Shown: positions 48,721-57,221, counted from the stretch's first letter. The stretch: 64,000 bases of DNA from a virus (IMGVR_UViG_3300008262_000001); one strand, 5' to 3'. Program-made: numbers and translations. Notes: generated by a model not told the origin, from the letters alone.

Positions 48721-49033
48721 TCTCCTCATCATTATCAGAATTAAAAATATCATTAAATAGAGCTTTGTAAGCTCCCATTTGCTTTGATCTAACCTCTCTA
48801 GAGATTTTCTCTAATCCTATAACCATCCCTAGAAGGACAAGCTTCTTTTCATAGGCAGACAATTTTGAGTCTCTAACCTCAAACTCCTCAAACTTTATAT
48901 CAGAAGCAGAAACAATCATTAGATCAGAAAGAGTCTCGCTACTTGACCAATTTTTGTGGACTGTTTCTAGTAGTGAGTCAAAATATTCCTCATCCAAGCC
49001 TAACCCAGAGGTGATAGTTGAATCTTTAGACAT
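48713..49033 (-). CDS. hypothetical protein
   Basis: 106 aa. Confidence 0.6.
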   Translation of the reverse strand: MSKDSTITSGLGLDEEYFDSLLETVHKNWSSSETLSDLMIVSASDIKFEEFEVRDSKLSAYEKKLVLLGMVIGLEKISREVRSKQMGAYKALFNDIFNSDNDEETI

Positions 49034-49117
49034 TTTCTTTGTTTTTACGTAGCTAAATTAAATCAAGTGCAAAAGCAAAAAAAATTTTTCAAGAAATATA
49101 TATGGAAAATATCCAAA

Positions 49118-49234
49118 ATGGCCAGAGCTAAAAAAGAAGGTAAGAAAAGAAAGAATAGAAAAAATCTGCTTAAGAACATTAAGAGAATCCAAAACAACGA
49201 CAAGGTCTTAAAAGCTCTTTCTGAAGCTAAATAG
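49118..49234 (+). CDS. very basic 38-aa peptide (absent from ORF track)
   Basis: MARAKKEGKKRKNRKNLLKNIKRIQNNDKVLKALSEAK*; AATATATA at 49095-49102. Confidence 0.55.
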   Translation: MARAKKEGKKRKNRKNLLKNIKRIQNNDKVLKALSEAK

Positions 49235-49236
49235 TC

Positions 49237-49467
49237 TTACTCTCTATTATTCCATTTTTCATCTCTGAATATGAGAAATAAAAGTCCAGGGACGAAAAGC
49301 AAAGCACAAAGACCTAATGTAAAAACTAAGGGAAACCATAGTAATACTGTAACTGCAATCCAATTCCAATTTATCAATCCTAGGATTTTAAACAGTATCA
49401 GAAAAAAAGAAATAACAAGTGACGAAATTTCATAGTAATATTTCCTGAATATTTTTTTGAATTCCAT
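49237..49467 (-). CDS. small membrane protein
   Basis: LFLILFKILGLINWNWIAVTVLLW pattern. Confidence 0.65.
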   Translation of the reverse strand: MEFKKIFRKYYYEISSLVISFFLILFKILGLINWNWIAVTVLLWFPLVFTLGLCALLFVPGLLFLIFRDEKWNNRE

Positions 49468-49476
49468 TTATTAAGT

Positions 49477-49968
49477 CTACATCGGTTTTAAGAGAAAGTA
49501 CCAGCCTGATTGGATGTTTAGGCTGTCCTGTATAGATATGAAAATTCTACCATCTTCTCTCTTGGCCTCTAATTCCCACGCACTATCTTTTCCTACTGTA
49601 ACAATCCACGTGTTTCCGTTTTCATCTTTAGCATATGATTGCCTGTACATTTTGTATTCATCAAAAAACTTTTCACCAAGGAAACCATTGTTTGGTAGAC
49701 CCTCGGATTTCAAGGTCATCTTTTCAGGAAATTTCAAACCAATAAGCGTGTTGTTTTTTGTGCACTCGATGTAAATAGTGCTTTTGCTTGATTTGACCTG
49801 CCTTTTAACCCATGTGAAATCAATTGGGTTTTCTTGTGGCCTAACAGCCTCTTCGATATAAATGATCTTGTAAAGATCCGCATCAAAGTTGTTCTTGTCC
49901 TTATAATTTTGGCAAAGAATAAAAGTAGGGGCAAACAGGCATAAACAAAACAGGTTTAGTAACTTCAT
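49477..49968 (-). CDS. secreted hypothetical protein
   Basis: Signal-peptide-like N-terminus. Confidence 0.65.
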   Translation of the reverse strand: MKLLNLFCLCLFAPTFILCQNYKDKNNFDADLYKIIYIEEAVRPQENPIDFTWVKRQVKSSKSTIYIECTKNNTLIGLKFPEKMTLKSEGLPNNGFLGEKFFDEYKMYRQSYAKDENGNTWIVTVGKDSAWELEAKREDGRIFISIQDSLNIQSGWYFLLKPM

Positions 49969-50053
49969 GTTAACATAATATATCTCAAATCTAATAAAAT
50001 TTTCTACTACAAATCCGATAATAACAGATATATAACAGAAACTGAAAAAACTT

Positions 50054-50404
50054 ATGTCTCTTAAAAAACTCTTAATCGGAGAAACGACTTATGTCAAAGT
50101 TGAAGACAAAAACCGTTTCTATTACATGCTCCAACAAATGCAGGGCAACAGATGGAAAATCACTGGCATTGTGCTCTTCCTTTTCTTCTTTATCATTTTT
50201 GGAATCAACATCGCAGTTTTCTGCAACGTAAACATTGAAGAAGATTGGAAAGAAATGCTCCTTATCCTTTTTGGCGCATTTGTAGGTAACTTGAATAAAG
50301 TTGTTGACTACTGGTTCAATTCTGAAGATCGTGATAAAATGCTTATCCAAAAGGTTGATGAGGAAGATGGTACTTCACTCTCAAACGCAACAGAAAACAA
50401 ATAA
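50054..50404 (+). CDS. 2-TM membrane protein, holin-like
   Basis: Two TM helices, GAFVGNLNKVVDYWF, acidic tail; GATATATA at 50027-50034. Confidence 0.65.
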   Translation: MSLKKLLIGETTYVKVEDKNRFYYMLQQMQGNRWKITGIVLFLFFFIIFGINIAVFCNVNIEEDWKEMLLILFGAFVGNLNKVVDYWFNSEDRDKMLIQKVDEEDGTSLSNATENK

Positions 50405-50409
50405 ATTAG

Positions 50410-50439
50410 AAAAAGCAGAAATTTAAATTTCTGCTTTTT
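50410..50439. terminator. perfect 30-bp palindrome / terminator
   Basis: AAAAAGCAGAAATTT|AAATTTCTGCTTTTT. Confidence 0.75.
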
Positions 50440-50491
50440 TTGTGGGCATTGCTAGAGGTGTAAAGGATTATTTTAAAAAGATACATAGGAT

Positions 50492-50875
50492 ATGAAAAAA
50501 CTATTTGTAACTCTACTTTTCTTTTTTGTTAATCTTAGTCTGTTTTGTCAGCTGAAAGCTTATGCTGTAAATCTCACTGTTGGAATAAGAAATAACCAAT
50601 ATGATGAATTCTATTGGGGTGAAACTAAGGCAATAGAAGAAATTATTCCAATTTATATAGACAACAAAGACATTACTATCCTAACAGAAAAAGTTCAGTA
50701 TTATCAGACACTAATGCCTGAATATGAGACGAAAGATGGAAAAGGTTTTTATTGGTTTGCATTTGATTCAGAAATGAAGAAATGCAAATTTTATATGTAC
50801 AACGACGGAGCAGATATTATTATGATCGAGTACGACGACGTTTGTATTATCTACGGAATCTTGTACGTAGATTAG
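50492..50875 (+). CDS. secreted hypothetical protein
   Basis: Signal MKKLFVTLLFFFVNLSLFCQ. Confidence 0.7.
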   Translation: MKKLFVTLLFFFVNLSLFCQLKAYAVNLTVGIRNNQYDEFYWGETKAIEEIIPIYIDNKDITILTEKVQYYQTLMPEYETKDGKGFYWFAFDSEMKKCKFYMYNDGADIIMIEYDDVCIIYGILYVD

Positions 50876-50888
50876 AAATGTAATGAGT

Positions 50889-51251
50889 TTAAATTTCTCG
50901 GATTAATCTTACACTAAATTTGTCCCCCTTGTAAGCAGAACCTACACTCATGTCCCAAAGGTAAGCTACTTGTTTGGTGGGAAATCCTGAATTTACATCG
51001 GAAATCCAATATCCTGATCCTCTGTCAAAATTTAGGATTCTAAGGTCATAAAATTGTTTGAAAAATCTGAATTGGTCAAAGTTTGGAATTTTCCAGCCAT
51101 CTCCCATTTCCTGGCAGAGATGAACAACAGAATCAAACGAAAAAATACTCTGACCTCTTCCATAATGATCGAATCTAATTTCAAGATCATAATAAGACAA
51201 ATCATTATCCATGATTTCAATATTCCCAACCTTATGTGATTTGTATTTCAT
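50889..51251 (-). CDS. DUF1566/Lcl C-terminal-like (C-type lectin fold) protein
   Basis: GWKIPNFDQF...YWIS...SVRLIREI. Confidence 0.7.
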   Translation of the reverse strand: MKYKSHKVGNIEIMDNDLSYYDLEIRFDHYGRGQSIFSFDSVVHLCQEMGDGWKIPNFDQFRFFKQFYDLRILNFDRGSGYWISDVNSGFPTKQVAYLWDMSVGSAYKGDKFSVRLIREI

Positions 51252-51709
51252 TCGGAAACTAAATGTGTTATACCCAAGCTTTCTAACATGTCTTTATCCC
51301 AATTTTTATAAAATCCAATTTTTACAAGTAATGACCTTGCAACATTTAGCTCGGATTTTTTTTGAATCAACATAGCAGGATGTTCCCAAACCGTTTTCTT
51401 TCCCAGTAAAGTTAGTGTTTCGTCTGGATGTGAATTCAAAAAAATATATTCGGGATATTCAAGATTGTAACAGTCACAAATATCAGCAAGATCTTCATAA
51501 CTTATATCTAAATAAGGAACAATACAAATAGAAATTTCTTCAGTGAATGGAACTAACTCAGAAATTGTTGGCCTATTCTCTACAAGTTTAACCTCATCAT
51601 TTAACCAAGCTTTCATAGCAAAGGGACAAGCAGGTCCTGAATCTAATGATGATATCCTCAAAATCCATTCATATAAAGATTTTTGTAAATTTGTGGAATC
51701 TGTTAACAT
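51248..51709 (-). CDS. DUF1415-like hypothetical protein
   Basis: ACPFAMKAW, FLNSHPDE, MLIQKKSEL. Confidence 0.6.
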   Translation of the reverse strand: MLTDSTNLQKSLYEWILRISSLDSGPACPFAMKAWLNDEVKLVENRPTISELVPFTEEISICIVPYLDISYEDLADICDCYNLEYPEYIFLNSHPDETLTLLGKKTVWEHPAMLIQKKSELNVARSLLVKIGFYKNWDKDMLESLGITHLVSE

Positions 51710-51724
51710 TTTTATTATTTATCC

Positions 51725-52438
51725 CTAAACGTGAATCAAATACCAAGCTCCATCAAAGTCTTCCACTAAACAGCTTGAATTTTCACAAAAGTCCCCTGAA
51801 TTCATATAGTCACTTTCCATTTTAGGATAATGTATGTGACCACAAACAGCTACATCATATCCTTTTTGTTTCGTTAATGCTTTAGCATTTTCTTCAAAAT
51901 CAGAAACAAAATTTATAGCTCCCTTAACCGACTGCTTAACAGAATTAGCCAAAGAATGATACGGAAGATTGAATTTTTTCCTTGTATAATTATAGATTGT
52001 ATTTAGTCGAATAACTAAGTCATAAGACCACCCACCAATGACTGCAAGCCATCTGGCTTTCATAATTACAAAATCAAGAACATCTCCATGAAAGCAAAAA
52101 TATTTTCTCCCATCTATCCCATAATGAACGTATTTCCTTGTAATTTTTATATTGTTTAAAGTGAAAGGTATAAATGGTTTTAAAAAATCGTCATGGTTTC
52201 CCCTGATATAAATAACTTCAGTTCCAGTCTCGGAAAATTTCATAAATTTTCTAAATATCTTAGTGCAATCCTTTTTCCATTTACTACCATTTTTTAAAGC
52301 CCAGCCATCAATTATATCCCCGTTTAGTATTAATTTTTCAGATTTATTGGTTCTCAAAAACTGTATTATCTTGTCCGTTTGAGATTGTCTAGATCCCAAA
52401 TGCAAATCACTCATTATAATAGTTTTCCATTCTCTCAT
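51725..52438 (-). CDS. metallophosphoesterase, UDP-2,3-diacylglucosamine diphosphatase (LpxH-like) family
   Basis: SDLHLG, LNGDIIDGW, IRGNHDD, FHGD, CGHIH, NSGDF. Confidence 0.88.
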   Translation of the reverse strand: MREWKTIIMSDLHLGSRQSQTDKIIQFLRTNKSEKLILNGDIIDGWALKNGSKWKKDCTKIFRKFMKFSETGTEVIYIRGNHDDFLKPFIPFTLNNIKITRKYVHYGIDGRKYFCFHGDVLDFVIMKARWLAVIGGWSYDLVIRLNTIYNYTRKKFNLPYHSLANSVKQSVKGAINFVSDFEENAKALTKQKGYDVAVCGHIHYPKMESDYMNSGDFCENSSCLVEDFDGAWYLIHV

Positions 52439-52758
52439 ATGAGATTAGAGACTATTTGGGCTACCTTATATCCAGTGAAAGCTCCAAGTGATGCAGACCC
52501 AGGTAAAATAATAAATCTTCCCAGTTTTGTTTTATATTTTTCCCTATTAACTATATAAGAAATGAGCATGTAATAGAGTAAAAAATTTAAAAAAACCAAA
52601 GAATCAACTTCTTTCGACATGAAAACAACAATTGAATTACCCATAAATCCCCAAGAAAAATTTATAAAAGTTTCTTTAATCAATTCTAAAGGGGTAGTGA
52701 TGGCTCCAAAAATATCAATGGATTGAGTTAGGGGATTATCTTTCTTTGCACTTTTCAT
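52435..52758 (-). CDS. membrane protein
   Basis: 3 hydrophobic segments; coupled to both neighbours. Confidence 0.7.
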   Translation of the reverse strand: MKSAKKDNPLTQSIDIFGAITTPLELIKETFINFSWGFMGNSIVVFMSKEVDSLVFLNFLLYYMLISYIVNREKYKTKLGRFIILPGSASLGAFTGYKVAQIVSNLI

Positions 52759-53459
52759 TTCCAGTAAGTTTTGTGTCCGGAGAAAAATTCTTTATTATTC
52801 CTGTGAAGATAGGATTTACACATTAATTTAAGCATGTACCATATCCCCTTATTCTCAAATCTTCTAGCGGGAGTAAAAATATTTTTTCTAAGAATCCCAA
52901 ATTTACCATTTGAAATTTTTTTCGATAACAAATAGTCTTCTGCTACCTTAGCATCTTCATCAAAACCTCCCAAATTCTGAAAAGTTTGAGTCCTAAACAT
53001 CATAAACCCTCCAAGACAAAAAGGGGTAAAAGGTTTTATTAATTTTTGAATTAAATCAAAACATCTAAACACGTAATTATAATTTCCATTGGAAGTTCTA
53101 ACCTTTGTAGTTAAAAGATCGAGATTATTGTTTTTAATTGAATCGATACACTCAGAAAGCAAATTCATATCCAATATGAAAATATCGGCATCCATGAACA
53201 AAACATAGGGTGTTGTAACAAGTCTTGCACCGGCATTTCTAGCCTTTCCTGGTAATCCCCCATTTATTACACAAAGGTTAAATCTGTAGGAGTTACAAGA
53301 TTTTAGAATTTCTTTAGTACCATCATCAGAATCATCGGCTACAATTACGGTTGTGCCATCGATATTTTTTTGAGAATTTAATAAATTCAAAGCAGTAACA
53401 ATAATCCCAGATTCATTCTTGCAGGGGATCACTATAGTTAGAAGGTCTTTTAAATCCAT
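52755..53459 (-). CDS. GT2 glycosyltransferase
   Basis: TIVIPCKNE, VADDSDDGT, ARNAGA, FMDAD, GFDE..AEDY. Confidence 0.9.
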   Translation of the reverse strand: MDLKDLLTIVIPCKNESGIIVTALNLLNSQKNIDGTTVIVADDSDDGTKEILKSCNSYRFNLCVINGGLPGKARNAGARLVTTPYVLFMDADIFILDMNLLSECIDSIKNNNLDLLTTKVRTSNGNYNYVFRCFDLIQKLIKPFTPFCLGGFMMFRTQTFQNLGGFDEDAKVAEDYLLSKKISNGKFGILRKNIFTPARRFENKGIWYMLKLMCKSYLHRNNKEFFSGHKTYWK

Positions 53460-53620
53460 AAAAATCCGGAGGAAATGGGATTTCCGTTTTTTAGTTTTTC
53501 TTGATTTATATATTCAAGAAAAAATGATCCTTATGCTAAGGATTGGAATAATAACAATTTCTTTATTCTGATATTACCACAGAATAAAATCCTCGAACTT
53601 TTAGGGGTTTAATATTGTAG

Positions 53621-53762
53621 TGATCGAGGAAGGATTCGAACCTTCACAGCTGTCATTATAGTGACCGCATTTTTTCAATGCTTTTTTTACCACAAGGCTA
53701 TAACCTCGTTACGTCTACCAGGAGATAATTATCTAGAATCATCCCACTTCCGCCACTCGATC
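53621..53762 (-). ncRNA. tRNA-like RNA with expanded arms (element 1, 142 nt)
   Basis: Acceptor GATCGAG/CTCGATC; TGGCGGAA...GGTAGACG D-arm frame with inserted hairpin; stem ACGAGG/CCTTGT; two variable hairpins; T-arm GAAGG-TTCGAAT-CCTTC. Confidence 0.75.
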
Positions 53763-53765
53763 AAA

Positions 53766-54065
53766 TTGGGTGGGTTAATGAGTGGTTTCCCCCACCTCTT
53801 TTTACTCTGTATCAATCTACTAGCAAAGTAGTATCAACCTGCGCCACTCTGTGTTTTTCCCACCTTGAGATTACTGGTGAGTAGATATATCGGTTTTCTA
53901 TTTCTTAAAAACCTGTTGGTCTTACCCGTTGAAAACATCCAACACTACTGGGAGGAGGTGTGTCGCTCTCCTTTATTCCCATGATGTCCCACTCGCGCCG
54001 TAGACATTCTGCGGAATCATTCTTAAAGTCTTGATTCGAAGACTCTGAGTATCTCTTACTCATTG
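53766..54065 (-). ncRNA. structured non-coding RNA core, possibly GOLLD-like 3' domain
   Basis: No credible ORF; nested stems GGTGGG/CCCACC, GAGTGG/CCACTC, TGTTGG/CCAACA, TGAGTA/TACTCA, AGTCTT/AAGACT. Confidence 0.5.
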
Positions 54066-54239
54066 TAGTCAGGACAGGATTCGAACCTGTATGAACACTT
54101 TGAAATTTACCTACGCACAGTGAGGTAGTGTTCTTCATCATTCGCATTGCCTAATCATTGAGCGCTTTTACATTTCGGTTGCCGTGCGTGTCAATAAGCG
54201 TCTACCAAGGCCCAAAGCGCCTTATTCCGCCACCTGACT
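54066..54239 (-). ncRNA. tRNA-like RNA with expanded arms (element 2, 174 nt)
   Basis: Acceptor AGTCAGG/CCTGACT; D-loop hairpin AAGGC/GCCTT; TATTGA/TCAATG stem with 29-nt loop; variable GAACACT/AGTGTTC; T-arm ACAGG-TTCGAAT-CCTGT. Confidence 0.75.
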
Positions 54240-54540
54240 ATATTCAAAGGAAAACAGAAGATGGGGGTGTGGACATCTGTTTTTACGATTGGCATTTCTT
54301 GCTAGTGCTAGCCCCTAATTCCCAACCAACCAGTATTTCAAAGAACTCATAATTTATACTGGCAAAAAAGTAAAGAATTCCAAAGTGTAGATTAAAAATT
54401 GAAAGAAAGCTAATTTTTGACTTTAACGCAATTGGGAACGATCTTACCGTTTTTGTCCTTTGTCCCAATTTGTTTGTATCCCTTCCAGCAGGGATTTTTT
54501 TTCTCAGCTATAAATTCCTTGTAATTTAGTATCATATTGA

Positions 54541-54855
54541 TTAAATATTTCTAACCGGGCGAATACCCAGTTTGTTAGATCTAGTATTTTTTGAAGAGTA
54601 TGATCCTGTACTAAAATTTATAACCGCATTGTAACCATCTTGAGTTGATCGATCACTCCAATATAATCCTGTTGGATTAAAACCAAGAATTCCAAGTTTG
54701 TGAAGTTCGTACAAATAGCCAAGCTCCTTAAGAGTTGGAATTCTCCAATCACCTCCCCTAAGAGCTGAACATAAAGCCTTACCACTTAAAAATTCCCTAT
54801 CTGGGAGATCCCTATAGAAAATTTCCAGATCTCCAACTATTAGATTTTTTTTCAT
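54541..54855 (-). CDS. DUF1566/Lcl C-terminal-like protein
   Basis: DWRIPTLKELGYL...YWS...GIRPVRNI. Confidence 0.75.
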   Translation of the reverse strand: MKKNLIVGDLEIFYRDLPDREFLSGKALCSALRGGDWRIPTLKELGYLYELHKLGILGFNPTGLYWSDRSTQDGYNAVINFSTGSYSSKNTRSNKLGIRPVRNI

Positions 54856-54944
54856 GTCAGTATTCCTTATATATTAAAGAACATCATAAATATATAAAAG
54901 GGATATTCTCAAAAAATTTCCTAAACTTAAACAAAAAACTAATC

Positions 54945-55502
54945 ATGAGGAAACTATTTATTACCCTTTTAGCACTTGTTCCTGTGGCTCTGTTTTCCCA
55001 ATCAACACTAAGCCCAGACACTGTTTGCTTCCAATCAACGGAATCAATTTACCAAGTTGATAATGAAGCTGGGAACACCTACACCTGGACTGTTCAAGCT
55101 CCTGGTGTTATACTTTCAGGTCAAGGCACCAACATTATTAATGTTGACTGGGCAGGAGCTGCTCCTGGATTAATAGGCACTGCAGTATCTGTTTTTCCTA
55201 CAAACCAATACGGGTGTGTGGGCCCAACAGTCAATATGGATGTTTTTATTTACAACGAAACACCTGTTGTCACCCCAATGACTTTTTGTTTTGATGAACC
55301 ATGCACTAATCTAATAGGAACACCCCTTGGAGGAACATGGAGTGGTCCAGGAGTTGTTGGTGCTCAGTTTTGCCCGAGCACAGCAGGTGTTGGGGATCAC
55401 GTTGTGACATACACATACACAGTAGGAGAATGTGTATTTACTGCCACAGGAACAATGACGGTTTATCCAGTACCGACTATTTCTCCCATTAGTCACGACT
55501 AA
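54945..55502 (+). CDS. secreted Ig/PKD-like protein
   Basis: Signal peptide; YTWTV, GQGTNIINVDW, GGTWSGPGV, FCPSTAGVG motifs of Bacteroidota surface proteins; ends YPVPTISPISHD. Confidence 0.8.
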   Translation: MRKLFITLLALVPVALFSQSTLSPDTVCFQSTESIYQVDNEAGNTYTWTVQAPGVILSGQGTNIINVDWAGAAPGLIGTAVSVFPTNQYGCVGPTVNMDVFIYNETPVVTPMTFCFDEPCTNLIGTPLGGTWSGPGVVGAQFCPSTAGVGDHVVTYTYTVGECVFTATGTMTVYPVPTISPISHD

Positions 55503-56065
55503 TGAAACGTTTAGTTTTGTTCGTGCTATTGGTGCTGAGCAAATTCTCCTTTACACAGCAAACAATAGAACTTTGCGAAGATTATAAAAACACTTTCACT
55601 TATTACTCTTCATCGAATGTTGTGGGGAGTTGGTTCTGGACAGTTGGCTCAGATACTCTTTCACATTCAAATACAGTCACTATCACTTGGGACACTCCTG
55701 GGAATTATGAAATAGTAGCTAATTTTGAAAGTGGCTGTCCAATAAACCCTAAAACTTATTGGGTCCATGTTATTGAGTGCATGGAATCAATAATCTATTT
55801 TCCCAACGCATTCACACCAAATGCTGATGGGATAAACGACAGGTGGGGTCCAAATGGAATGGGTATTGTGAAAATAGAATGGAAAATATTCGATAGATGG
55901 GGATTACAAATTTATGAATCCCACTCAATAGAAGATCTTTGGGATGGCTCTTTCAGAGGAGGAGATTATTATGTGCAAAATGACGTTTATATATATAAAG
56001 CGGAATGGACAGGAAAAGACGGGGCAACAGGAAGTAAAATAGGACACGTTGTACTAATAAGATAA
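55502..56065 (+). CDS. secreted protein with gliding-motility-associated (T9SS type B) C-terminal domain
   Basis: YFPNAFTPNADGIND, IFDRWGLQIYES, WDG, VYIYK, GHVVLIR. Confidence 0.9.
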   Translation: MKRLVLFVLLVLSKFSFTQQTIELCEDYKNTFTYYSSSNVVGSWFWTVGSDTLSHSNTVTITWDTPGNYEIVANFESGCPINPKTYWVHVIECMESIIYFPNAFTPNADGINDRWGPNGMGIVKIEWKIFDRWGLQIYESHSIEDLWDGSFRGGDYYVQNDVYIYKAEWTGKDGATGSKIGHVVLIR

Positions 56066-56075
56066 AAACAAAAAT

Positions 56076-57221
56076 ATGAAACACTGGGTAACAATAGTGT
56101 TTTTCATAGCAAGTCTTTCTTCATTTTCTCAGTGTGACAATGCAGATTTTGAACTAGGAAATTTTTCAGGTTGGTCAGGAAGAACTGGGTTTTGCTGCCC
56201 AATAGACTTGCCCAATGCAGGATTAGTTGCGACCAGACACCTTATCACATCTGGATCAGGAACAGATCCCAGAACATGCAACCAAGTACCAGTAGTTTCA
56301 CCACTGGGGGGAAATTTCTCAGCTAGACTAGGAAATCCAAATAGAGGATCTAGAGCAGAAAGCCTAAGCTACACTTATACAGTGACAGCAAACTCAAGTC
56401 TCTTTACCTACCAATATGCTGTGGTATTTGAAGATCCTGGACACATCGATGATGAACAGCCAAGATTTGAAACCCAAGTTATTGCAGGAGGCAATCCCAT
56501 TCCATGTACCCAATATATGGTGAGCTCATCATCCAATCTTCCTGGATTTCAAACCTGTCCAGGTATAGATTGGCAAGGAAACCCTATTAATATTGTTTAT
56601 AGAAACTGGACAACAGTAGGAGTGGATCTTAGTGCATTTATTGGCCAATCAGTAACATTGGAATTCAAAACAGGTGATTGTGATCTTGGTGCACATTTTG
56701 GATATGCTTATATAGATGCAATCGGATGTCAGCCAATGGAACTAGAGGTCTTGTATTGTGTTCAAGATAGTGTTGCAAATCTCACCGCTCCACCAGGGTT
56801 TGCAAGTTACCAATGGAGCACAGGAGAAACCTCTCAATCAATCACGGTTGATCCAGACATTTACGATCAAATAACTTGTACTCTAACCTCTTTTTCCGGA
56901 TGTGTTGCTACCTTGACCACATTCATAAATCCAGCAGACCCGCAAGTGAACTTTTCATCAGAAAATTCATGCTTCTGTGAAGACTCCTCAGCAGAATTCA
57001 TCAATTCATCAACATCAATCCATAGTCCAATAATTGCTTGGCTTTGGGAATTCGGAGACGGTACAACATCTACAGAGCAATCTCCCACACACATCTATAC
57101 ACAACCAGGAACATATAATGTCACACTAACTGCCACTACTGAATTAGGATGCTGGGATTCAAGAACTTATCCTGTCACATTTTATCCATGTCCAACCATT
57201 TCTCCTATATCGCATAATTAA
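56076..57221 (+). CDS. secreted PKD-domain protein (SprB-like N-terminal module)
   Basis: NADFELGNF, WEFGDGTTSTEQSPTHIYTQPGTYNVTL (PKD); ends YPCPTISPISHN. Confidence 0.85.
   Translation: MKHWVTIVFFIASLSSFSQCDNADFELGNFSGWSGRTGFCCPIDLPNAGLVATRHLITSGSGTDPRTCNQVPVVSPLGGNFSARLGNPNRGSRAESLSYTYTVTANSSLFTYQYAVVFEDPGHIDDEQPRFETQVIAGGNPIPCTQYMVSSSSNLPGFQTCPGIDWQGNPINIVYRNWTTVGVDLSAFIGQSVTLEFKTGDCDLGAHFGYAYIDAIGCQPMELEVLYCVQDSVANLTAPPGFASYQWSTGETSQSITVDPDIYDQITCTLTSFSGCVATLTTFINPADPQVNFSSENSCFCEDSSAEFINSSTSIHSPIIAWLWEFGDGTTSTEQSPTHIYTQPGTYNVTLTATTELGCWDSRTYPVTFYPCPTISPISHN

Noticed and set aside
53621-54239. tmRNA or ordinary tRNA genes
   Set aside because: Both elements have a D-stem frame (tmRNA lacks one) and are much shorter than tmRNA; neither has a canonical 7-nt anticodon loop.
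53905-54468. ORFs 53905-54147, 54158-54352 and 54283-54468
   Set aside because: They overlap the structured RNA elements and show no protein-like features; probably spurious.
50889-54855. Diversity-generating retroelement
   Set aside because: No reverse transcriptase or template/variable repeat pair visible in the window.
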